Source: an uncultured Gammaproteobacteria bacterium
GTDB lineage: Bacteria > Patescibacteriota > Patescibacteriia > Magasanikbacterales > GWA2-37-8
Assembly (NCBI GenBank): GCA_964514995.1
Contig: CAZETA010000002.1
Location: 10,530-74,529 of the forward strand
Direction of reading: 5' to 3'
DNA length: 64,000 nucleotides
Within the stretch, counting starts at the first letter, position 1. Each line of letters opens with the position of its first letter. Of the stretch, positions 1 through 7,158 are shown piece after piece. Made by a program: the position numbers and the translations under genes. The notes below the pieces were generated by a model. It was not told where the DNA came from and made no database searches. It saw nothing but the letters and a program-made list of their open reading frames with translations.

Positions 1-1
1 G

Positions 2-1204
2 TTGCCGGCATACCTTGTTCGTTTTGAACTTGCCCACATCGGTAAATATCCATTTCCTTCAACTTTGTTAGAAGTAACTGTTGGATTGTTATTTTTGGTG
101 TGGTTGAGTAAGTATGCACGAGAGGATTGGGAAAGAATTAGGGCTACTATACAAAGTCATGGGCTATTTTTTGTCGGGTTAGCCGCATTTTTTTTAGCAT
201 CTGTTATCAGTATCTTTGTCAGTGACATGGTATTTTACTCGCTCGGGGAGTGGCGGGCATATTTTCTGGAGCCGATGATTTTCTTTTTGATTCTTTTGGG
301 ACGAAAGGATGTTTTAAAAACTATAGATTTGCTCTGGGCATTAATTTTTTCGACAGTGAGTATTAGTGCGTACTCAGTGTTCCAAGAATTTGCTGGCTGG
401 GGGATTGCCACACCTGAATGGACAAATGCTGCTACCCGCCGCGTCACGGCTTTTTTTACTTCGCCCAATGCAGTTGGATTGTATCTGGCGCCCATTTTGC
501 CGATTATGTGTGCTGTAATTCTAAAACAGTGGGAGCCTTTAAAGAAATTGAATATCAAAACAATCGGATTATTAGGCGTGTCCTTTCTAGCTGTGTTAGC
601 TCTATTATTTACTAAATCACAAGGTGCGTGGATTGGTTTGGGTGCGGGCATACTTGTGTTTTTATTTTTTTTGGGATTTAGAAATATTACCATTGGTTTG
701 GCAGTGGCTGGAATTGTCATGGCGTTGGCAATGCCGTCTATACGCCAAGCTTTATTATTTCAAGATCAAGCCGGTAAAAACCGTCTAACATTATGGAGCT
801 ATTCCTGGACTTTTTTGAAACAAAATCCGAAGAATTTTATATTAGGCACAGGTGTGCGCCAGTTTTTCAGAAAAATCCAGAAACCATACTATGATAAAAA
901 GGTAATGGAACGGCTAATCTATCCTCATAATATTTTCTTGAATTTCTGGACAGAAATTGGTTTGGTAGGTGCGTTGGCGGCGACTTCTATCATTGGCTAT
1001 GCAGTGTATTTAGCCAACAAAATCAGAAAACTTAATAAAATATTAGGCGCTGGATTTATGGGAGCGTTGACGGCGCTAGTCGTACATGGGCTTGTGGATG
1101 TGCCGTATTTTAAGAACGATCTGGCATTTTTATTTTGGATTTTAATTGCCAGTATAATCATTGCCTATGCGTATTTATATAAAAACCAAACCAGCGGCGC
1201 ATGA
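2..1204 (+). CDS. O-antigen ligase-like (Wzy_C/WaaL family) polytopic membrane protein, 5'-partial at window edge
   Basis: Many predicted TM helices; the motif region 'YPHNIFLNFWTEIGLVGALA' resembles the Wzy_C periplasmic loop. The ORF runs from the window edge. Confidence 0.5.
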   Translation: MPAYLVRFELAHIGKYPFPSTLLEVTVGLLFLVWLSKYAREDWERIRATIQSHGLFFVGLAAFFLASVISIFVSDMVFYSLGEWRAYFLEPMIFFLILLGRKDVLKTIDLLWALIFSTVSISAYSVFQEFAGWGIATPEWTNAATRRVTAFFTSPNAVGLYLAPILPIMCAVILKQWEPLKKLNIKTIGLLGVSFLAVLALLFTKSQGAWIGLGAGILVFLFFLGFRNITIGLAVAGIVMALAMPSIRQALLFQDQAGKNRLTLWSYSWTFLKQNPKNFILGTGVRQFFRKIQKPYYDKKVMERLIYPHNIFLNFWTEIGLVGALAATSIIGYAVYLANKIRKLNKILGAGFMGALTALVVHGLVDVPYFKNDLAFLFWILIASIIIAYAYLYKNQTSGA

Positions 1205-1385
1205 GAATAAGGTAGAAAAGAACGACGAAACACATTTTACAGTTTGGGTGAAAGAACCGCCGCAGAATGGATTAGCAAACAGGGGAGTGATAAGAAATCT
1301 GGCAGAATATTTTGATGTGCCGCAGTCTACAGTTGTAATTAAAACAGGGTTTACTAGCAAGAGTAAAATTATTGAAATTACATAA
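1161..1385 (+). CDS. DUF167 (YggU-like) small protein
   Basis: 74 aa; the pattern 'THFTVWVKEPPQNGLANRGVIRNLAEYFDVPQSTVVIKTGFTSKSKIIEI' matches the YggU/DUF167 architecture. It overlaps the upstream gene end. Confidence 0.5.
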   Translation: MPMRIYIKTKPAAHENKVEKNDETHFTVWVKEPPQNGLANRGVIRNLAEYFDVPQSTVVIKTGFTSKSKIIEIT

Positions 1386-1393
1386 CTTTGCCA

Positions 1394-1480
1394 ATACTTT
1401 TTGTCACCAAAAAGTATCAAAAAGTGTTGGGGCCGCAGAACTCCCCGCCTCGGCGGGTCAAACAGCTGTCGCCCCAAACC
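1394..1480 (+). repeat. Conserved intercistronic structured element, copy 1 (perfect 8-bp hairpin ACTTTTTG-tcac-CAAAAAGT, then GTTGGGGCCGCAGAACTC ... TCAAACAGCTGYCGCCCYAAACC)
   Basis: Near-identical to 31221-31319. It starts 9 nt after the DUF167 stop and ends about 40 nt before the malic-enzyme ATG. The long-range pairing GGGGCCGCAG/CTGTCGCCCC encloses a variable hairpin. Confidence 0.6.
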
Positions 1481-1519
1481 TCGAGATGTAAAATAAGTTG
1501 TTTTAAAAATTATTACAGT

Positions 1520-2662
1520 ATGTCAGATGTCTATAAAGATTCCTTAAAACTCCATAAAAAGATTCGTGGAAAACTGGGAGTAGTGAGTAAGATAAAAATA
1601 AAGAATAAAAAAGATTTGTCCTTGGCATATACTCCTGGCGTGGCTGAGGTATGTCGGGTAATCGGAAGAGACAAAAAAATGGCGCGTGAATATACGCTCA
1701 AGAGAAATACGATCGCGGTTGTTTCCGATGGGTCGGCTATTTTGGGCCTGGGCAATCTCGGGCCGGAAGCAGCAATTCCGGTTATGGAGGGCAAGGCAGT
1801 CTTATTCAAGGAATTATCCGACTTGGACGCTTTTCCGATTTGTCTTGATACTCAAGATGCAGAAGAAATTATAAAAGCTGTAAAGTACTTAGCGCCCGTG
1901 TTTGGCGGTATAAATTTGGAAGACATTTCTGCGCCTCGTTGTTTTGAGATTGAAGAGAGGTTAAAAAAAGAATTAAGCATTCCGGTCATGCATGATGATC
2001 AGCATGGTACGGCCGTGGTGGTTTTGGCAGCGATGATTAACGCCATGAAACTCAAAAAAATGGATAAGACCAAAGCAAAGATTGTAATTAGTGGCGCCGG
2101 AGCAGCCGGAACGGCGATAACAAAACTATTGTTGTTATACGGATTTACCAACATAGCTGTCTGTGATTCAAAAGGACTTTTGCATGAGGGGAGGACTGAT
2201 CTTAATGCTGCTAAGAGGGAATTAGCGCAAATCACTCGTCAAGAAAAACAGACTGATAAAAGTTTAAAAGAATCCTTAATGAATGCGGATGTGTTTATTG
2301 GTGTGAGCGGCCCTAATATTATTGGCGCAGAAGAGGTGGTGAGCATGAATAAAAAGCCGGTTCTATTTGCGTGCGCCAATCCTGTGCCAGAGATTATGCC
2401 TGACGTTGCCAAAGCTGGTGGCGCCTATATTGTAGCTACTGGTCGTTCTGATTTTCCTAACCAGCTTAATAATTTATTAGTGTTCCCCGGCGTTTTTAGA
2501 GGCGCGCTTGATAATAATGTAACTCAGATTACCGATAGTATGTTAATCAAAGCCGCCGAGAACTTGGCTCGGTATGTAAGAAAATTGAGCCCTGAAAATA
2601 TTTTGCCAAATCCATTGGATAGAGGTGTGGTCAGGGTGGTGGCACGGGCAATCAGAGGTTAG
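1520..2662 (+). CDS. NAD(P)-dependent malic enzyme (short MaeB-type)
   Basis: Malic-enzyme N-terminal and NAD-binding motifs (LAYTPGVAEVC, VSDGSAILGLGNLGP, GAGAAGTA). Start reassigned to the internal ATG at 1520; the ORF-track start at 1388 lies inside the repeat element. Confidence 0.85.
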   Translation: MSDVYKDSLKLHKKIRGKLGVVSKIKIKNKKDLSLAYTPGVAEVCRVIGRDKKMAREYTLKRNTIAVVSDGSAILGLGNLGPEAAIPVMEGKAVLFKELSDLDAFPICLDTQDAEEIIKAVKYLAPVFGGINLEDISAPRCFEIEERLKKELSIPVMHDDQHGTAVVVLAAMINAMKLKKMDKTKAKIVISGAGAAGTAITKLLLLYGFTNIAVCDSKGLLHEGRTDLNAAKRELAQITRQEKQTDKSLKESLMNADVFIGVSGPNIIGAEEVVSMNKKPVLFACANPVPEIMPDVAKAGGAYIVATGRSDFPNQLNNLLVFPGVFRGALDNNVTQITDSMLIKAAENLARYVRKLSPENILPNPLDRGVVRVVARAIRG

Positions 2663-2673
2663 ACAAATAAAAA

Positions 2674-2698
2674 ATCGATGTAGTCATCGATTTTTTTT
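2674..2698 (+). terminator. Rho-independent terminator (ATCGATG-tagt-CATCGAT + T8)
   Basis: Perfect 7-bp stem followed by a T-run, 12 nt after the malic-enzyme stop. It sits between convergent genes. Confidence 0.6.
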
Positions 2699-2717
2699 GG
2701 CCGATCTCTTTTAAGGA

Positions 2718-3197
2718 CTAATTGGATGGTGGAGGCAGTGTTGTTGATTTCTGTTTCTTCCAAAATATTAAGCTCAAAATAAATAAAGTTGTAGAGGTCG
2801 CGGCTGAACCCATGCAATAGAGGCAAATAGATTTAAGTATAAACAGTTGGATATAGACAAAACCAAGTGAAGCTAAAAAACCAAGCGTAGTTATACAAGC
2901 AACGAGTTTCAGAACCGTTACTTTTTTTGTTTCAAGATAGACTGCGCTCAAAATCATTACAGTTAGATAGAATAATGCGCCAAACAGAGCGGTGGGTATG
3001 CCGTAAAGGACGGAGTATTTACTAGTGAGCACAATTTCACAGCCGTGCAAAATAGAGCAGGGAACCGGAGTTCCTAAAAAATGTTTAATCGACAAGTAGG
3101 TTGCGTCGGCAAAACCAAGGGCGCTGATAATAAGAAAGGCAACAGGTAGCCAATTAGGAATTGTTTGCTTGTTGGATAATTCCACGGAATTGTTCAT
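2718..3197 (-). CDS. Vitamin K epoxide reductase (VKOR) family membrane protein
   Basis: Loop Cys pair (PCSILHGC) and TM CXXC (CLYC); 4-5 TM helices. Confidence 0.75.
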   Translation of the reverse strand: MNNSVELSNKQTIPNWLPVAFLIISALGFADATYLSIKHFLGTPVPCSILHGCEIVLTSKYSVLYGIPTALFGALFYLTVMILSAVYLETKKVTVLKLVACITTLGFLASLGFVYIQLFILKSICLYCMGSAATSTTLFILSLIFWKKQKSTTLPPPSN

Positions 3198-3918
3198 AGC
3201 TTTGAGGGTTTTGAATTTTTTGATTATTTAAGAAGAAGGTGGGAGTTCCGTCTATCTGAGCGGTACCACTTTGGACATCGGCTTCAATGTTGTTTTTTAC
3301 CTCGCTTGAGTCGAAGTCGGCTTTAAATTTTTCTAAATTTAAACCCAATTTTTCCGCATAGGTATTAAAAATATCTTTAGCATTCTTTTCTTCAGACCAG
3401 AATCTTTGGCCGTCAAACAGCAAGTCGTGCATTTCCCAAAATTTACCCTGCATTCCCGCCGCCTCTGCGGCCTGGGCTGCGATTCTGGCATTACCATGTT
3501 GCTGTAAAGGGAAGTGTCTGTACACAACTGCTAAGTTTGGAAAGTCCTTAACGAGTTGCTTGACCAGCGGATAGTAGGCGCCGCAAGCAGGGCATTGAAA
3601 ATCACTGTATTCAATCAGGGTAACTTGGGATTTTGTATCTCCAACTTGTTGGCCGCCGTCCTGTAAAGGCGCGCCTTTTATCCAGTCCGTTTCATCAGCT
3701 GCCCGAACACTGCCGCCAACAAAGTTTGTGCCAGGGTTTTTTGAGGCCATGGCTACCATGATGGCAATGGTACCTCCGACAAAAATAGTAATAAAAGACC
3801 ACAACAAGACTGAAGTCAGCCGTTTTTTCCGCTGCTCAGCCAGTTGTCTGTTTATTTTCTCTTCCTTTTTTAATTCCTGCCGTTCTTTTTTGCTTAAGTC
3901 TTGAGTGTTATCTTCCAT
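3154..3918 (-). CDS. DsbA-like thioredoxin-fold thiol-disulfide oxidoreductase (membrane-anchored)
   Basis: CPAC active site (YSDFQCPACGAY) and an N-terminal TM anchor. It overlaps the VKOR gene by 44 nt, consistent with a VKOR-DsbA redox pair. Confidence 0.75.
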   Translation of the reverse strand: MEDNTQDLSKKERQELKKEEKINRQLAEQRKKRLTSVLLWSFITIFVGGTIAIMVAMASKNPGTNFVGGSVRAADETDWIKGAPLQDGGQQVGDTKSQVTLIEYSDFQCPACGAYYPLVKQLVKDFPNLAVVYRHFPLQQHGNARIAAQAAEAAGMQGKFWEMHDLLFDGQRFWSEEKNAKDIFNTYAEKLGLNLEKFKADFDSSEVKNNIEADVQSGTAQIDGTPTFFLNNQKIQNPQSYEQFRGIIQQANNS

Positions 3919-3998
3919 ATTTTGGGTGTTATTACTAAATAATACGGTTATTATATTTCATGGCCAGCTTTACGTCAACTACACAGTATAGTAGGTGT

Positions 3999-4721
3999 TT
4001 ATCTGTTGTATTTTTTTGGTGAAACTTTGGAGAAAAACGGTAGATACATGTCTTTGCTCGTTTCAATAAGCAATTCTCGGTGATTTATTTTTTCACAAAA
4101 TTCTACTGGCGCATTCGTGATTATTGCTAAGGGTTGTTGTTCTCGGCCCTCGCCCATTGTTAATACTCCGGCAGTAGCCAGACAGTCGGCGATATTCGTG
4201 GTAGAGAAAACAAATTTTTTGCCAAACAGATCGGGAGTGCCGATATAATTTTTAAGCCCCCGAAAACCTGCGTATCCTAGGGTCACGCCAGTCACGCCGG
4301 CGCGCAGCGGCATTACACGGCTGTCGGTAATTAACACGCCAAGATTTTTGATCTTAAATTTTTTTTGTAGCTGGGTGCGCAGATATGCAGCGGTTTTGAA
4401 ACTATCCTTGGGCAATAAGATTAATTTTCCGTTGGCGTTTGATTCGTCGATGCCGGCAGAAGCCATAATCATACCATCCTTTATAGTCATCCAGACATGG
4501 GGAGTGTTGGTGGGCACGGCCATTTGACTCTCGGCGCGGATTAGCGCTTCTCTTTCTTTTTCATTCTTAATAATCGCAGTCCGTTTTTCTGAGAGGGCGA
4601 CAACTTTTGAAGTGACAACCAGGACTGATTTTTCAGGCAACTTTTTGATATATTGGTTTATAAAATTAAAAAGATTTTCTCCTTCTCGGAATATTCTTGT
4701 CTTAATAGGTCTGACTAGCAT
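3999..4721 (-). CDS. CofE-like (F420-0:gamma-glutamyl ligase family) protein
   Basis: 'VLVVTSKVVALSEKR' and an overall CofE-like fold signature. Confidence 0.55.
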   Translation of the reverse strand: MLVRPIKTRIFREGENLFNFINQYIKKLPEKSVLVVTSKVVALSEKRTAIIKNEKEREALIRAESQMAVPTNTPHVWMTIKDGMIMASAGIDESNANGKLILLPKDSFKTAAYLRTQLQKKFKIKNLGVLITDSRVMPLRAGVTGVTLGYAGFRGLKNYIGTPDLFGKKFVFSTTNIADCLATAGVLTMGEGREQQPLAIITNAPVEFCEKINHRELLIETSKDMYLPFFSKVSPKKYNR

Positions 4722-4722
4722 A

Positions 4723-5253
4723 TCACTTCTTAATTTTATAATGAATCAGGATTGTGTCTCGTTTGTTTATTTTTTTAATGGATATTAGTTTTACTTTGCT
4801 TGTTGCAGTTCCGCCAATAAACATATCTTTTCCGCGTCCAAAAATCAATGGCTCAATACTAATAAACACTTCGTCCAGCAGTTCATTTTCTAGCATATAT
4901 CTGTATACTGATCCGCCGCCTAGCACAGCCACGGTTTTGTATGTACCTAGAATTGGTTGGAGGTCTATTGTTGCAGGGTTTACAAACGTAACCGAACCAC
5001 GTTTTTGAATGTTCTTAATTCGACTGGACAGGACAAATGTATTGCGCTGGCGCAGTCGAGCGGCCGCGGCCGTATAGGTATTTCGTCCGACAACGACGGC
5101 TTCCGTCTCGGCTAGGGATTTTTGCAAGAATTGCCAGTCTTCGGGGCTGGTCCAGTCAGGCATCTTTTTCGTAGTCAGAGAAATTTTTCCGTCCACGCTG
5201 GCGGCTATGAAGGCGGTATATTTTGTTTTAGACTGCGGTTGTTTGGTTTTCAT
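4723..5253 (-). CDS. RibD C-terminal domain / dihydrofolate-reductase-like reductase
   Basis: 'FIAASVDGKIS...VVVGRNTY...VAVLGGGSVY' is typical of RibD_C/DHFR-like proteins. Confidence 0.6.
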   Translation of the reverse strand: MKTKQPQSKTKYTAFIAASVDGKISLTTKKMPDWTSPEDWQFLQKSLAETEAVVVGRNTYTAAAARLRQRNTFVLSSRIKNIQKRGSVTFVNPATIDLQPILGTYKTVAVLGGGSVYRYMLENELLDEVFISIEPLIFGRGKDMFIGGTATSKVKLISIKKINKRDTILIHYKIKK

Positions 5254-5887
5254 TTCGTTCCTTTAGAAGATAAATACCCACATATGAAAGCGGTGTATAT
5301 AACGCCCCCATTGCCACCTTGTATAGCCACCAGGCAATGATGATACTTACCAGGGTATTAGTCGGGTACACACCGACAAAAGCGATGATCATAAAGATGA
5401 CTGTGTCTAAAAATTGTGACCAGATATTAGATAGAGTTGATCGTAGCCAGAATTTTTTTTCACCAAATTTGCTACGGAAGAAGAAAAATGACAACACATC
5501 TTGATATTCGGCGATTAAGAAGGCGACAAGCGAGGCGATGGCAATGCGTACGGATACCCCAAATACATCATTATATCCTGCTCGCACCCACTCGCTTTTT
5601 GGTGACCAAGGCATGGCCAGCGATATTAAGGAATAGGCGATAAAGAGAGCTGTGGCAACAAAACCGGCGAGGACAAAAAATTTAGCCATTCGTTTGCCGT
5701 AGACCTCACCGACGACATCAGTCATCAAGAAAACAAAAGGAAAGTAGAAGACTGATACCGATAAGTTCGTGCCAAAAACAAAAGGCATTAGTTTGAGCCC
5801 CAGGGTATTAGCCGCGAACAGGGATACGAGGTAAATTCCTAGAGCGATAATTAGTTTTTTAAATGATTTTTCGCTGAGTTGAATCAT
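5228..5887 (-). CDS. YhhQ/DUF165-family (queuosine-precursor transporter-like) membrane protein
   Basis: Polytopic membrane protein with a YhhQ-like C-terminal region. Start reassigned to Met22 (ATG at 5887). Confidence 0.45.
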   Translation of the reverse strand: MIQLSEKSFKKLIIALGIYLVSLFAANTLGLKLMPFVFGTNLSVSVFYFPFVFLMTDVVGEVYGKRMAKFFVLAGFVATALFIAYSLISLAMPWSPKSEWVRAGYNDVFGVSVRIAIASLVAFLIAEYQDVLSFFFFRSKFGEKKFWLRSTLSNIWSQFLDTVIFMIIAFVGVYPTNTLVSIIIAWWLYKVAMGALYTPLSYVGIYLLKERNENQTTAV

Positions 5888-6131
5888 AGAGAAACTTAAA
5901 TAAGTAAATGAGAAATAAAAAACCGCCGATAGGGCGGGCACAGCAAACACAAAAAAGAAGCCCGTCTATCGCAGAGAGGAAATACGGCCAGTGAAGCTGG
6001 ACCAGGTGGTTGTGTGTTTATTATTTAACATAGGTTTTCATAGGTTTTTATGCTTGGAGGCATTATAGCAGGAGGTATGGATTTGGCAAGAGGTTATTTT
6101 TAGAAATAGACATCTTGGTTCTATTAACAAC

Positions 6132-6159
6132 AAAAAACCATCCTTTTTCTAGGATGGTC
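6132..6159 (-). terminator. Rho-independent terminator on minus strand (GACCATCC/GGATGGTC + T6)
   Basis: rc reads GACCATCCTAGAAAAAGGATGGTTTTTTG, downstream of the GC-rich minus-strand ORF. Confidence 0.45.
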
Positions 6160-6414
6160 TCTGTTAGTCGGGATTGTGGGACGAAGTTGGAACATATTTA
6201 TTCCAACATTAATCTGTGTCAGATACTATACCAGCGCATTAAATTTTTGTAAACAAAAAGACCTCCGTAATATTTACAAAGGCCTTTATGTTGAATTTAT
6301 CAAGGCTACTCTCGTTATGGCTTTAGATAGCTAAAACGATAACGAGATGGAATAGCCTTGATGAGCGCAACCCCAGAGCTCGCCAGCCGAAGCCGGAAGA
6401 TCGGGGTCGCCCGC

Positions 6415-6873
6415 CTAGAACAGGTCGAGGTCGCCGAGCTCGAGCACCCGGACCTGCGCGGGCTTCTCGCGGACGAGGTACGCGTCGTAGTTGCGGACGC
6501 GGTTCTTGTCCTTGGAGAAGAGGGTCGCGAGGTGCCACGTCTCGTCGCCGATCTGGATCGAGCCGTCCTCGTTCACCTTGACCTCGGTGCCCTTCTTCTT
6601 GGCGTTGGTGAGCGACAGCCGCGGGCCGTCCTTGCAGACGATGCCCGAGATCTTCTCCGCCGGCATGACCACCTCGCCCTTGACGTTGACGTAGGTGAGG
6701 TTGGTCGGCACGGCGAACGCGAGGTCCGGCTCCGGCGTGATGATCGGCTCGCCGTACTGGCCGGGGCTGACCATGTAGTACTGCCGCTCGCCGTTCGGAC
6801 CCAGGTTCAGGATCTTGTACTCGCCGGTCGTCTCGTCGATCTCCACCGTCCACTGCTTGTTCGTCGCCTGCAT
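6415..6873 (-). CDS. Hypothetical protein encoded in a ~65% GC foreign-looking island (about 152 aa)
   Basis: Protein-like translation (MQATNKQWTVEIDETTGEYKILNLGPNGERQYYMVSPGQYGEP...) with extreme GC3 codon bias. GGAGG RBS 7 nt upstream of the ATG. The two overlapping long ORFs in this island are Arg/Ala-rich antisense artefacts. Confidence 0.5.
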   Translation of the reverse strand: MQATNKQWTVEIDETTGEYKILNLGPNGERQYYMVSPGQYGEPIITPEPDLAFAVPTNLTYVNVKGEVVMPAEKISGIVCKDGPRLSLTNAKKKGTEVKVNEDGSIQIGDETWHLATLFSKDKNRVRNYDAYLVREKPAQVRVLELGDLDLF

Positions 6874-7107
6874 CGCAGACCTCCAGGATGCCCGAACTTG
6901 TCGGGCGTGTGGTGCCTTACCTAAACGGACCGCCCGTTTTTGGTTTGGCAGAGTTGCTACGCGTCCTCCTTGAAGGGCGCGCACGCCAGTATAATCGTAA
7001 AATTACCATTATACAGGCGTATAAGACAACAAAATACTATACTATAATTTATAGCTTTTGTCAATGAAAATGCTTGGAATTATTTTAAATACTTATTAAA
7101 GTAGCTA

Positions 7108-7136
7108 TTGACTTACAACTTATCATTTGCTATCAT
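7108..7136 (+). promoter_or_regulatory. Sigma70-like promoter (TTGACT-17-TATCAT) upstream of helicase gene
   Basis: Consensus-like hexamers with a 17-nt spacer, 23 nt upstream of ATG 7159. Confidence 0.35.
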
Positions 7137-7158
7137 TTAGTATTATAATCTAATTTCT

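Noticed and set aside
1388-1519. ORF-track start of the malic enzyme at 1388
   Set aside because: The first 44 codons lie inside the conserved intercistronic repeat/hairpin and have no malic-enzyme similarity. The internal ATG at 1520 begins the conserved protein.
6165-6195. 11-nt match (GGGATTGTGGG) to the tRNA-Pro T-arm, considered as the distal att repeat of the element
   Set aside because: The match is in inverted rather than direct orientation. Serine integrases do not generate long direct repeats, and a single 11-mer match in 64 kb is near chance.
6323-6924. Long ORFs 6323-6853 (-) and 6358-6924 (+) overlapping the GC island
   Set aside because: Their translations are Arg/Ala/Asp-rich low-complexity, as expected from alternative and antisense frames of a high-GC coding sequence. 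Only frame 6415-6873 (-) has protein-like composition and an RBS.
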